A stretch of DNA of 46,972 nt, taken from contig JANPJW010000044.1 in assembly GCA_031425715.1 (NCBI GenBank), positions 1 through 46,972 of the forward strand. Reading direction: 5' to 3'. This DNA comes from Chitinophagaceae bacterium. Its GTDB lineage: Bacteria; Bacteroidota; Bacteroidia; Chitinophagales; Chitinophagaceae. Position 1 is the first letter of the stretch; every line of letters starts with the position of its first letter. Below, piece after piece: positions 9,448 to 19,568 of the stretch. The translations under genes were made by a program, and so were the position numbers. The notes under the pieces are model-generated. The model searched no databases, had not been told where the DNA came from, and saw nothing but the letters and a program-made list of their open reading frames with translations.

Positions 9448-10545
9448 ATGGAATGGATTAGTATTCTTAAATGCCCGATTACAGGTAGGGACTTACGCAG
9501 AATTTCGTCAGATGAATTGTCCGCACTAAACGAAAAAATACAAACTAACCAATTATGGGAAGCTGATGGTAAGCTAATGCAAACCGAATTAAAGGATGCC
9601 CTCGCCACAGTAGATGGCTCCTATATTTATCCAATTGTAGAAGGGATCATTTTGCTGTTGCCTGATCTGGCTTTGGTAGACGCAGAGGAAAGAGTATTGG
9701 CCGACAGTTTGAGTGATGACAAAAAACTGGTGAAGAATTTTTATGATAACCGGGGATGGCATACAACTGATAAGGGTGATTACGAGGATGCAGATATATT
9801 TGAAGACTTAAGGCCTTTTGCGCAAGACTATCTTACCAAATGTCACAATCGTGTAAACAGATACCTCAACCCCTCCGGAAAGTATATGATGGACGCCGCA
9901 TCAGGTGCTCTGCAGTTCAAGGAGTATCTTCAGTACTCGGAAAATTATAGTTACAGAATTTGCGTAGATCTTTCGTTTCAAGGTTTAATGGAGTGTAAAC
10001 GTAAGCTAGGGGATAAAGCAATCTGTCTTCTTTGCGATATGACGAATTTGCCGGTGAAGGATGATTCGATCGATGGTTTCGTCTCTTTAAATACAATTTA
10101 TCACATCCCCAAAGACGAGCAGGTAAAGGCTATAGCCGAACTCTACAGGGCGATGATGCCAGGCGGTAAAGGTGTAGTAGTATACGATTGGTATAAACAT
10201 TCTCCATGGATGAATCTGACACTCTTGCCATTTAGAGGGTATGAATTTATGAGGAACCGGATAAAAAGTTTTTTCTCTAGGGCTGCCGGAAAAGGGGAGC
10301 CGCTTAAGATGCTTTATTTTCATGCTCACAATTATGAGTATTTTAAAAAGCAACTTTCAATGCCTTTTAAATTGGTTTGCTGGCGTTCTATTAGTGTTCC
10401 ATTTATGAAGGTTTATTTGCACGATGCTTTTTCTGGAAAGAAGATACTTGATAAGATTTATGAAATGGAAGAAAAAGACCCCGAGGAATGCGGCCTTAAA
10501 GGTGAATACCCCATGTTTGTTTTTGAAAAAGCTACCATTAATTAA
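9448..10545 (+). CDS. Trm112-like domain fused to a class I SAM methyltransferase
   Basis: N-terminal ILKCPITG..L...YPIVEGIILLL (Trm112/YcaR pattern), then MDAASG, VDLS, CDMTNLP..D.SID, NTIYHI and PGGK. Confidence 0.75.
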   Translation: MEWISILKCPITGRDLRRISSDELSALNEKIQTNQLWEADGKLMQTELKDALATVDGSYIYPIVEGIILLLPDLALVDAEERVLADSLSDDKKLVKNFYDNRGWHTTDKGDYEDADIFEDLRPFAQDYLTKCHNRVNRYLNPSGKYMMDAASGALQFKEYLQYSENYSYRICVDLSFQGLMECKRKLGDKAICLLCDMTNLPVKDDSIDGFVSLNTIYHIPKDEQVKAIAELYRAMMPGGKGVVVYDWYKHSPWMNLTLLPFRGYEFMRNRIKSFFSRAAGKGEPLKMLYFHAHNYEYFKKQLSMPFKLVCWRSISVPFMKVYLHDAFSGKKILDKIYEMEEKDPEECGLKGEYPMFVFEKATIN

Positions 10546-10562
10546 ATTTCATTTTTTCTCCT

Positions 10563-11351
10563 ATGGCTCGTTTGTTTAATCGTATTGAAGTATACAGTTT
10601 GTATTTTTTTGAGTACCTTAAATTTGGAGAATTGCGTTCTTTAGCCAATGCTTTTCTTTACATGGCCCTTGGCAAATCATATGCAAGGGGAGACGTAGTT
10701 TCAAGCGGTATGGGTCGCTTTGAAACAAGAGCCGGCTCGCTCGATTTTCAATATGTAAACTATGCCTATGAATTGGACATTAAAAGATTTATTGAAAAGG
10801 AGACGTTCGATATTTTTTTAGATATCGGCGCATGCCTGGGAGAGTATAGCGTGTGGCTAGGTAAAAAAGGTAAGCGTTGCATTGCTTTTGAACCAGTAAG
10901 CCATAGTTATAAAATGATAGAGAGAAATATAAAGCTGAATGGGGTAGAACAAAATGTAATGGCCTGCAACTATGGCCTCGGATCAAAACATTCTACAGAA
11001 TATTTCGAACTGAACCCCGTTAATCCCGGAGCCAATAAAAGGGTAGATGCTGCAGGTGAACATACGGAAAGATTTGAGATAAATTCATTAGATAGTAAAG
11101 TAGACTCCCTCAACTTAAAACCCTCCGATAGCATTCTCATAAAAATTGATGTAGAGGGTATGGAGTTGGAAATGCTAAAAGGTGCGGGCCAGTTTCTCAA
11201 AAATTTCGATAACCTGGTTCTAATTATCGAAGAGAAATTTAGTGGCGAAAATAATATAAGGAAAGGGTTAAGTAACATAGCCGACTTTGAATATGGAAAG
11301 ATTGACGAGCATAATATTTATGCCCGAAAAGTAAAAAGTAGTCAGCGTTAA
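10563..11351 (+). CDS. FkbM family methyltransferase
   Basis: FLDIGACLG, AFEP and IKIDVEGMELEMLKG motifs. Confidence 0.9.
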   Translation: MARLFNRIEVYSLYFFEYLKFGELRSLANAFLYMALGKSYARGDVVSSGMGRFETRAGSLDFQYVNYAYELDIKRFIEKETFDIFLDIGACLGEYSVWLGKKGKRCIAFEPVSHSYKMIERNIKLNGVEQNVMACNYGLGSKHSTEYFELNPVNPGANKRVDAAGEHTERFEINSLDSKVDSLNLKPSDSILIKIDVEGMELEMLKGAGQFLKNFDNLVLIIEEKFSGENNIRKGLSNIADFEYGKIDEHNIYARKVKSSQR

Positions 11352-11395
11352 AATTAGAAGCATCCCTCCATACCATCATTAACATCCCACTTACA

Positions 11396-12811
11396 ATGAA
11401 GCAGCGTTTTTTTAATCGGGATATACTGATACTGCTAGCTTCATTTCTTTTTTCAAGGATCATATTGTCTTTATTCAACGTTAACATGAATTACGATTCT
11501 ATTAATGTTTATTGGCAATATTTGTCCCTCGATAGCCTTCAACATGATCTGCTAAAAGGGGTTTGGTACAATCATACACAGCCTCCTATATTTAACCTTT
11601 TCCTTGGAGGGATTTTAAAACTATTCGGCAGTTATGCGGCATTGGCATTCCCTCTTATTTTTAAGCTGATAACCATCATTAACGTATTGCTTCTTTACAA
11701 ATGCTTGAAACTATTGGTGTGCTATTCTAAAATTCCGTTGATCATATCGCTCCTCTACGTTTTGAGTCCGGCAACAATGATTTTAGAGAATGAGTTGTTT
11801 TACACAACTTTTATTACAATGCTGCTGCTGACCAGCAGCTACTTTTTGATTCAATTTACAAGAAGGAACAATTACTGGTTTGCAATAGGCTTCCTATTAC
11901 CGTTGGCCTTTGCATGCCTTACCCGTGGCATGTACAATATTGGTTGGCTTGTAGTGATAGCATTGGTCAGCATTTTTTATTTTAGAAAAACTGCATTCAG
12001 AACACTCACAGTAGTGTCTGTTTGCTGTATAGTGTTAGCTACCTCCTGGTACGTTAAGAACTACGTTATTTTCGAAAAATTTACTACATCTACCTGGCTG
12101 GGAATGAATTTAGCTAGAAATGTATTTCATGATCATGATGTAAAAGATTCATCGAAAATTGAATCCATTGAACCATTCTCACAAATCTCTGTTTACCGGC
12201 CTTTCATAACTGGGGTTTTAGAAAAAAGGTATGCCGGTCTAAATGATGCTGAGTTGCTGAAAGAATTTAAGAATGGAAAGCATGTCAATTTAAATCACAT
12301 TAGCTATATAGAGGTTTCTCAAAAATATGCAGAAGCTAGTAAGGCACAAATAAAGCGCAATCCCGCTGCTTACCTCAGAAATGTATTGCAGTCGGTTGTC
12401 ATTTTTTTTGCGCCAGCAACCCGTTATCCATTTGCTGAAATCCAATCTCAAAAAATTAAGTATTATGACATAGCTTACTCATTCAATTTAAATCATTTTG
12501 CAAAAGGGAAAGAAGAACGGAGGTGGGCCATGGTTCTGTCTTCTATGCCTAAAATAATTATGTATGTAATTACTTTTGGCCTTATTTTAACAGGGATAAA
12601 ACGCAGAAAATATGTCTCAGCTCTCAACCTTTTTATCCTGCTCACTTTTGCTTATATTTTCTTTATAAGTTCTTGTGTCGAACACTATGAGAATATGCGG
12701 TTTCGCTTCGAGATAGAACCTTTGTTTCTCTTGTTACTGTCCCAGGTACTAGACCAAAACCTAAAAAAAGGGAAAGGCAAAATGCCGGATAATTCTAACG
12801 AAAATTTTTAA
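11396..12811 (+). CDS. Multi-TM membrane protein, putative GT-C glycosyltransferase
   Basis: Many TM helices, HTQPP, W.VKNY..F periplasmic loop and a late ENMRFR motif. Confidence 0.55.
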   Translation: MKQRFFNRDILILLASFLFSRIILSLFNVNMNYDSINVYWQYLSLDSLQHDLLKGVWYNHTQPPIFNLFLGGILKLFGSYAALAFPLIFKLITIINVLLLYKCLKLLVCYSKIPLIISLLYVLSPATMILENELFYTTFITMLLLTSSYFLIQFTRRNNYWFAIGFLLPLAFACLTRGMYNIGWLVVIALVSIFYFRKTAFRTLTVVSVCCIVLATSWYVKNYVIFEKFTTSTWLGMNLARNVFHDHDVKDSSKIESIEPFSQISVYRPFITGVLEKRYAGLNDAELLKEFKNGKHVNLNHISYIEVSQKYAEASKAQIKRNPAAYLRNVLQSVVIFFAPATRYPFAEIQSQKIKYYDIAYSFNLNHFAKGKEERRWAMVLSSMPKIIMYVITFGLILTGIKRRKYVSALNLFILLTFAYIFFISSCVEHYENMRFRFEIEPLFLLLLSQVLDQNLKKGKGKMPDNSNENF

Positions 12812-12847
12812 CCTAGGGTTAATGATCCTTTTACTATATCCTGGAGG

Positions 12848-14065
12848 TTACGTTATTTTTTCTATTTTCTCGTTGTAGGTATGCTCTGTTGCTACTGAGT
12901 ATTCATTTGCTTTTCTTGTTTTTAGCAGCGAGAGCAATTGTAAAATTATAAACTTCGGTATATGAACGAGCGATTTGTAAATTCGTTTGTCTGTTTCAGA
13001 TTTATACAACGCAAGGAAAAAGCCTGCGAGAAAAACTACAAAAAGTATTGTCCATACCACTGCACCTATTGTGCTTGTGAACACATTTGTTACCAGGATT
13101 AAGAAACACAGAATTAAAAGTAGAAATAGTGGCGGCCGTGTAAGAATGAAACCAAACAGTAGGCGATTAATACATAGATGGCTGATGCCTTGCCCCATCA
13201 GGTGGAAACCAAAATTTACATACCTAAACCAGGTGTTATTCCACCGGGCTCTTTGTTTTACAATTTGCTCAGGCCTTGAGGATTTTTCATCAAGGACAAT
13301 AGCATTTTCAGCAAATGCAATTCTATGGCCTTTCGTAACAATTTCCTTTTGTAGAATTTTGTCGAAACCTGCACCTGAGCTATTTATGGGTTCCATACAT
13401 TCTTTGAATAGCTTAACAGTGAAGGCCATCCCCGATCCCGAAAGCATAGAAGAGGACCCGATATTGAAAAGAATTTTGCGATCGTAAAAGAGATAATATA
13501 TTTCGTTTACCGCATCAATACATGCATAGTGCGTATCCAGGTTTTTTGCTTTTCTCACTCCCTGAACAGCATCAAAACCCATGTTGAAATATTTATTGAT
13601 AGTGGAAAGATAATTTGGTAACACTAAATTGTCACTGTCAATAATAGTTAAAATAGTATGCGGGCGCTTAAAATTTTCGATAGCAAAAAAATGAGATTTT
13701 ACCTGGTTTGCAAATTCAATCTGCGGTTTCAATACAACCAGTCTTTCGCTCATAAATCCGGCTTCAAAATCGGGACACCCATCAGCAACCACATAAATTA
13801 TAAAATTATCATAATCCGATTTTAAGATTGAATTAATAACGTTTACTAAGTTGCTGCTATTTTTGTAGGCCGTCACTATAACTGCAAAATCGTTTGCCGG
13901 TAACTTACTTTCAGGTGTTTCAACATACTTTTTTTTAGCGCAATAGATGAGATAGGATAGTACCGGGAAAACCAGTACGAAAGCCACACAACATTGAAAA
14001 CCGATCCAAAAAATATTTAGAATTGATGAGAGCATAAGTTGCATTAAGTAAATGGAAATTAGCAT
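12848..14065 (-). CDS. Membrane GT2 glycosyltransferase (cellulose-synthase-like architecture)
   Basis: VIVTAY, VADG, DSDN and QRARW motifs; N- and C-terminal TM helices. The start may be the later ATG at 14035. Confidence 0.85.
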   Translation of the reverse strand: MLISIYLMQLMLSSILNIFWIGFQCCVAFVLVFPVLSYLIYCAKKKYVETPESKLPANDFAVIVTAYKNSSNLVNVINSILKSDYDNFIIYVVADGCPDFEAGFMSERLVVLKPQIEFANQVKSHFFAIENFKRPHTILTIIDSDNLVLPNYLSTINKYFNMGFDAVQGVRKAKNLDTHYACIDAVNEIYYLFYDRKILFNIGSSSMLSGSGMAFTVKLFKECMEPINSSGAGFDKILQKEIVTKGHRIAFAENAIVLDEKSSRPEQIVKQRARWNNTWFRYVNFGFHLMGQGISHLCINRLLFGFILTRPPLFLLLILCFLILVTNVFTSTIGAVVWTILFVVFLAGFFLALYKSETDKRIYKSLVHIPKFIILQLLSLLKTRKANEYSVATEHTYNEKIEKIT

Positions 14066-14077
14066 AAAAGTATAAGT

Positions 14078-15208
14078 TTAAATGCTTTTCATTTCATTGT
14101 AAACTTCCAGTGTTTTACTAGCCGCAATTTTCCAACTGAAGCGTGAAGCGTTTACAAATCCCTCTTGTCGTTTAGTTTGATAGAAATGGTCATCTGTCAG
14201 GAGTAGATTGAGTTGACTATAAATCTCCTCCGCAATTTCCGGATTTACCAGGCATGCAGCGCCGCCGGCAATTTCTGGCAATGCAGACTTGTTAGATGTT
14301 ATGACGGGCACGCCACAAGCCATGGCTTCTATAACAGGCATACCAAAACTTTCCCTATGCGAGGGATACAAAAATATAGCTGCCAGGTTGTAAAGTAAAG
14401 GAATGTCGGAAAACGGTATGTAACCGGGAGTGTGAATATGTTCCATCAACTGTTGAGCATCTATTTTCTTCAACAGTTCCTGAATGTATTCAGGCTCACA
14501 ATCTGTAACTACAAGAGGCAAAGGATTGGTTTGCCGTGCAATAAATATCTTATAGGCTTCTAATACGCCAATGGTGTTTTTCTTAGGTGCTGTGTTGCCA
14601 AAATGAAGAAGAAACTTATCCGGGAGATTGTGTTTGTTTTTAAAAGTTTGTAAAATTTGGTTGTCGGAAATATTTTTAAATTGATCATTCACGCCATTAT
14701 AGATGACCCTGATTTTCTCTTCGGGGATTTTTAGAGTTTTGGCTATAACGTGTTTTTCAAATTCTGATACAGTTAATATAATTCTGGCTTTTTTAGCGGC
14801 TGCGGGCACAATCAATCGGCGATAGATGTTTCCAAAATTTTGATATGCTGAACCCTTAAAACTCAAGGACTCCATGTAGATAATGTCATGGATAGTAATA
14901 ATGGTAGGAACCTTGGAGAAAAGGGGAGCTGTATTTGCCGTGCAATGCAAAAAATCGATATTTAACTTGTTTATTCTTTTAGGCAAGCCAATTTGTTCCC
15001 ACACAGGGTAACTCCCTTGTATTAAGGTATCTATCAAAAAATTCTGAGTGGATACTACGCTCTCATCATCCACATCTTTTTTTGAAAACAAAGTGTATTT
15101 GTTGCTTTTGTCCAATTGCTGCAGCTCACGAATGATCTCCATGGAGACTACCTCCATCCCATGTTTTTTAGGACGAAAAATACGTTGAACTTCTATACCG
15201 ATATTCAT
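14078..15208 (-). CDS. GT4 (GT-B) glycosyltransferase
   Basis: TIHDI, TVSEF, PKKN and ESFGMPVIEAMACGVPV motifs. Confidence 0.9.
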   Translation of the reverse strand: MNIGIEVQRIFRPKKHGMEVVSMEIIRELQQLDKSNKYTLFSKKDVDDESVVSTQNFLIDTLIQGSYPVWEQIGLPKRINKLNIDFLHCTANTAPLFSKVPTIITIHDIIYMESLSFKGSAYQNFGNIYRRLIVPAAAKKARIILTVSEFEKHVIAKTLKIPEEKIRVIYNGVNDQFKNISDNQILQTFKNKHNLPDKFLLHFGNTAPKKNTIGVLEAYKIFIARQTNPLPLVVTDCEPEYIQELLKKIDAQQLMEHIHTPGYIPFSDIPLLYNLAAIFLYPSHRESFGMPVIEAMACGVPVITSNKSALPEIAGGAACLVNPEIAEEIYSQLNLLLTDDHFYQTKRQEGFVNASRFSWKIAASKTLEVYNEMKSI

Positions 15209-15238
15209 TGTCTTACTTATTTTTAAAACTGTGTCATG

Positions 15239-16153
15239 TTAAATTTGCGAGTAACTCGAATTTTTGAAATTCCAAATTATTCCCTTGATAAACATTTTAA
15301 GGTGTAATTTCTCTCCTTTTAGTATGAGCGTTGCTAGTGCTTTTGGCATTGCAAATAGGTAATAAAACAAGTAGAAAATCATTAGTTGAAATTTGTTGCT
15401 ATTTCTTCTGATGTAAAGGACACGGTTTCTATTTAAATAGTAAGTTTTGAGGGGACTGTCTTTTCCCACTGACATTGATTCTTTATGAAAAATTTCTGCA
15501 GATGCCTGGTAGTAAATTTCGTAGCCAGCTTTTTGTATCCTGGAGCTCCAGTCCCATTCTTCATAATAAAGAAAAAACAACTCCGGAAACATACCTGTTT
15601 TATCGATGACCTCTTTCTTAACCATCATGGCACACCCGTGGGCGCCAAAGGTATACCTGCTGTCATTAAATTGTCCGATGTCCTTCTCTCTATCACCAAT
15701 AGATGTGGTTCTTCCCGTATACATATTCATTTTGTTAAACCCTGCATACTGAATAATTGAGGGATTAAAGAAGTATTTTATCTTAGGACAGGTTACACCA
15801 ATCCTGGAATCAAGAAAGAAAGGTTCAAGAAGTTTTTCGATTAGATCGGGGGTTACTTCTGTATCGTTATTCACAATAAAAATGTACGACCCGCTGGCTT
15901 GACGCATACCCCAATTGTTGCCTCCTGCAAAACCAAGATTCTTTTCACATAGAAATACTTTGACCTTTGGTAACTGTAGGTTGGCAATTTTATGAGAAGG
16001 ATTCTCGTTAGAATTCATATCACACACGAGAATTTCGTAGTTCTGATAGGTAAGTTTGGTGGTACTGATGAGGAATTGGCAGGTCGTGTCTGCCTGGTTG
16101 TAATTGAGGGTAATAATGGAGACAAGAGGGTTGTCTAATGTTGAGTAAGCCAT
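15239..16153 (-). CDS. GT2 glycosyltransferase
   Basis: VSIITLNYN, NLGFAGGNN, NNDT and FFLYYEE.DW motifs. Confidence 0.9.
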   Translation of the reverse strand: MAYSTLDNPLVSIITLNYNQADTTCQFLISTTKLTYQNYEILVCDMNSNENPSHKIANLQLPKVKVFLCEKNLGFAGGNNWGMRQASGSYIFIVNNDTEVTPDLIEKLLEPFFLDSRIGVTCPKIKYFFNPSIIQYAGFNKMNMYTGRTTSIGDREKDIGQFNDSRYTFGAHGCAMMVKKEVIDKTGMFPELFFLYYEEWDWSSRIQKAGYEIYYQASAEIFHKESMSVGKDSPLKTYYLNRNRVLYIRRNSNKFQLMIFYLFYYLFAMPKALATLILKGEKLHLKMFIKGIIWNFKNSSYSQI

Positions 16154-16177
16154 TTAAATTTAATTCTGACTTTAAAT

Positions 16178-17299
16178 TTAAACATTTGCTTTTTGTATAA
16201 GAGCAGAAGGGGTCTTTAATAATATTTTTAAATCACCTTTAAACGATCTGTGGCGGGCATAACTTATATCGAGAAGTATTCTTTCCTCATTGCTCATGTC
16301 AGTACTCCCCCTTTTGGAAATCTGCCATAAACCCGTGATGCCGGCTGGGGCCATAAATCTTTCTGCCCATTCATTGGTCGTTAAGGTGGTAGCCTCATAA
16401 AGAGGTAGCGGCCTGTTGCCAACTATGCTCATATCCCCTTTAAATACATTAACCAACTGTGGCAATTCATCCAGGCTGGTGTTGCGTAGAAATGATCCAA
16501 CCTTAGTGATGCGGGGGTCATTTACAATTTTGAAGAAATGTGGCTGCTTTGGGCCCGCTTTATAAATGTTTAAATCTGACAATTCATCCACAATTTTGTC
16601 GGCATTGGTGACCATGGTTCTAAACTTGAAAAAACGAAATATCTTGAAACCTTTACCAGCACGTAATGAAGTATAAAAGACAGGGCCCTTGCTTTCTAAT
16701 TTGATAGCTATTGCTATTAAAACAAATAACGGCAATGAAAGTAAAAGTGCTATCAACGAAATGATGATATCAATGGAGCGCATTGTATACAATTTTACCA
16801 AGGCAAATCTTTCTTTAGCTTGTTTCTCCTTTCTATCCTGTTGCTTGCTCAAATTTAGTTTCCGGATAAACCCGACTTTGTATGGTAGTTTTTTGAAAGT
16901 ACTATTTAGCGAAACAACATCATCAACCAATCCTTGGGTAAAAAGTTGCCTAACGTCCTCCTTTTTAAGAGCACTCTCATTGTAGATGATAGGAATTTTT
17001 TGAAACTGGTTTAGCGTAAGCCAAACTTTAAATCCTACGAGTTGAAAGTGGTTTAATGGAATATCTAAAACAATTAGTTCAGGTAAATTTTGCGGATCAA
17101 TATTTTGTTGGGCCTCAGAAATATCATTTACCGTATAGCTGTTCGGGAAGTAATCCAGGTACTCTGATATTTCAGCCGAATTTTGGCTAATAAACAAAAA
17201 AACATTCTGTTTTATGAATATGTTAGGTTCAACAAGAAGCTGAGTTTGGTCATGTGGGTTAGAGCTGCGCATATACATCCATTCAGTGAATAAATTCAA
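16178..17299 (-). CDS. Priming sugar transferase (polyprenyl glycosylphosphotransferase) with an N-terminal degenerate receiver-like domain
   Basis: C-terminal [37 protein letters not shown] and GITGLWQ; one membrane helix; N-terminal PELIVLDI...IPII segment resembles a REC domain. Start is TTG 17299 or a nearby ATG. Confidence 0.9.
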   Translation of the reverse strand: MNLFTEWMYMRSSNPHDQTQLLVEPNIFIKQNVFLFISQNSAEISEYLDYFPNSYTVNDISEAQQNIDPQNLPELIVLDIPLNHFQLVGFKVWLTLNQFQKIPIIYNESALKKEDVRQLFTQGLVDDVVSLNSTFKKLPYKVGFIRKLNLSKQQDRKEKQAKERFALVKLYTMRSIDIIISLIALLLSLPLFVLIAIAIKLESKGPVFYTSLRAGKGFKIFRFFKFRTMVTNADKIVDELSDLNIYKAGPKQPHFFKIVNDPRITKVGSFLRNTSLDELPQLVNVFKGDMSIVGNRPLPLYEATTLTTNEWAERFMAPAGITGLWQISKRGSTDMSNEERILLDISYARHRSFKGDLKILLKTPSALIQKANV

Positions 17300-17350
17300 G
17301 TCTTAATAAAAATGGTTAGCAACAGAATTTGAATTAAAGCGGGACTTGGC

Positions 17351-17773
17351 TTAGAAAATATTCAGATTGAAAGAATTCCTTCTTCTAACAAGTTTTTTTC
17401 CACTTGCATCAATAAGGGATTCTACTTTGGTAGAAAGATATTCTGGATCAAAAGGTTTGGTGAAGAAAAACGAAGCACCCAATTCTGCAGTTTTGCTCTT
17501 AAGCGTTTCGTCATCTGAGTTAGATATAACAATGGTTCTAATATCTTTTAGTATGGAGCTGCTATGAATATGCTCTAATAATTGAAAATTATCCGATTCA
17601 GAATCAGCTATATCCAGTATTATTAAATCTTTATTCAAATCCGTTTGCAAATGACCAATAGCATCTGTATAAGAGTTAACAGATGTTACAGCATATTTTT
17701 TCCCCAGTACAGAATTCATTAAATAACTGATAGAATTGCAGCCGTCAATTGTCAAGATTGCGTTCTTTGTCAC
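17351..17773 (-). CDS. Single-domain response regulator (receiver domain)
   Basis: ILTID, DLIILDI (phospho-Asp), VISN and GA..FFTKPF motifs; no output domain; GTG start. Confidence 0.85.
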   Translation of the reverse strand: MTKNAILTIDGCNSISYLMNSVLGKKYAVTSVNSYTDAIGHLQTDLNKDLIILDIADSESDNFQLLEHIHSSSILKDIRTIVISNSDDETLKSKTAELGASFFFTKPFDPEYLSTKVESLIDASGKKLVRRRNSFNLNIF

Positions 17774-17976
17774 GATTGTTGATTTAGTTTTCTAAAAACA
17801 TCATGCGAATGCATGAGGATTAATCAAAGGGTTAACTCGGAATATATATTGGCGGCTATTCGGTGTGTTTAACTAAACTATAGATATCAGAGATGGGGTT
17901 ATTCGTTGGGGATTTTGTAGAGGTTCTTGGTAGGAATTGAGAAGGTATAAGATTTCAGCTGTTTCGAACTGTCGGG

Positions 17977-18010
17977 TAAAAGTATTAAAAAAAATGAATC
18001 TACAAAATTA
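17977..18010 (-). promoter_or_regulatory. Putative promoter region for the response regulator-GT operon
   Basis: On the minus strand, TTTG (18006-18003) is followed after 18 nt by TACTTTTA (17984-17977). An overlapping perfect TAATTTTG lies at 18010-18003. Confidence 0.4.
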
Positions 18011-18069
18011 TTTTTTTTGAAAATTTATTTTCAGCTGCAAATAGATTGTAGCGCCTCCTTTATAAACTC

Positions 18070-19251
18070 TTACTTTCTTTTTGCTTTATCCCACAATACA
18101 CTTTGCTGATTACTCATAAACTTTTTCAAGCCAAGATAGAGGGCAAAATTCATAAAAACAAAGTAATAAGGAACGTACAGGGATTTTATTTTAATATTCT
18201 TTTTAGCAAATAAATATCCTGTGTAAGCCGCAATATAAAATAGTAACTGGGCAATAAACAGCGTTAAATAAATAGAGCTTTCGGTACTGTAATACAAAAA
18301 AAGATTACTTATAAAAATTATGGGAAGTAAGACAGGGCAAAGTATCCAGCGTAATAAGCGGTGTGAAATGTATTGAAAAGAAAGTTTGCCGAATTTAAAA
18401 ATATTCAACAGTTCTCCCAGCAGTAACACCGACTGAAATCCTCCGGCGCTGATGCGTATTTTTCTTTTTTGTTCTTCTTTCATGGAAAATGAAGGAGTTT
18501 CAGAAGCAAATGCCTTAGGCTCATAAATCACCCTGTAGCCCTTTTTGCATATGTTCATAGAAATAATAAAATCATCCAACAATACATCCGGCGCAACTGG
18601 TTCATAGAGTTCGGTGCGAATTGAAAATAGCTCGCCCGCTGCACCAACGACACTGTAAAATTTTGAGTCTAGTGTTTTAAGGAAGGATTCGTATTTCCAA
18701 TATAGGCCTTCCCCGGAAGCTGCCGCATCTCCCGATTTAGTTGTGGTTATCACCTTTTTCTCACCAGCTACCCCACCAATTTTATCGTCGGTGTAATGTT
18801 TTACCAATTCCCTGATAGATTCCTTATTCAAGAAAGTATTGGCATCGCAAAACACAACAAACGGAGTCTTTATGTATTGCATCGCTCTATTTATTGCGGC
18901 CACTTTTCCCAAACGTTCAGGCCTGAACAAGAGTTCTATCCCGGCATACCTACCAATAACGGTCGTAGTTTGATCATTTGAACCATCGGCAACGAAAATG
19001 ATATGCAATTTACCTTTTGGGTAGTCCAATTCAAGGCAATTTTTAATTTTCTCTTCGATGACGTCCTCTTCATTGTAAGCGGCTATCACCAGGGATACTT
19101 CCGGCTCGAAGTAACCCTTAAAGGGTGGGGGCTGGATTTTTCCGAATATTTTTTTTACCTGCAGGTATGCCCATAGCAAAAGGCCATATCCGAGGTAACT
19201 GTAAAAGACCACTAATAGGGATGACCAAAAGAGTATTTCTAATACAAGCAT
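18070..19251 (-). CDS. Membrane GT2 glycosyltransferase (PgaC/IcaA-like)
   Basis: IAAYNEE, DGSND, GKVAAIN, CDAN, EGLYWKYE, LDDF and RKIRISAGG motifs; flanking TM helices. Confidence 0.9.
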   Translation of the reverse strand: MLVLEILFWSSLLVVFYSYLGYGLLLWAYLQVKKIFGKIQPPPFKGYFEPEVSLVIAAYNEEDVIEEKIKNCLELDYPKGKLHIIFVADGSNDQTTTVIGRYAGIELLFRPERLGKVAAINRAMQYIKTPFVVFCDANTFLNKESIRELVKHYTDDKIGGVAGEKKVITTTKSGDAAASGEGLYWKYESFLKTLDSKFYSVVGAAGELFSIRTELYEPVAPDVLLDDFIISMNICKKGYRVIYEPKAFASETPSFSMKEEQKRKIRISAGGFQSVLLLGELLNIFKFGKLSFQYISHRLLRWILCPVLLPIIFISNLFLYYSTESSIYLTLFIAQLLFYIAAYTGYLFAKKNIKIKSLYVPYYFVFMNFALYLGLKKFMSNQQSVLWDKAKRK

Positions 19252-19337
19252 GGGCTTATTTTTATCTTTTTATGGTTTCCCAAAACAAACTGCCTTCCGG
19301 CAAAATCGTCGTTATTTTTCACAAGGATAAAAATTTA

Positions 19338-19369
19338 TTTGTTAGAATGGTTTTTTTTTATAAGTTTTG
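19338..19369 (+). promoter_or_regulatory. Putative sigma70-type promoter for the giant T9SS gene
   Basis: TTTG (19338-19341), then 19 nt, then TAAGTTTT(G): one mismatch to TAnnTTTG, 200 nt upstream of the ATG. Confidence 0.5.
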
Positions 19370-19568
19370 TATCATCAAGACGTAGAACCGTTTCCTTCTG
19401 ATCCATTTTCCTCGGCAAATCACACCTGACTTAAAATCCACATTTTCCCATTTTTCGGCCGAACAATATGTACCTCGGATTCTTATGTGAATCAGGGTAT
19501 TGCCTAAAAAACCCCACGCCAATCTCAATTTCCTGTTGATCTCCCTTTAAACTTAAAAATTACAGGAA

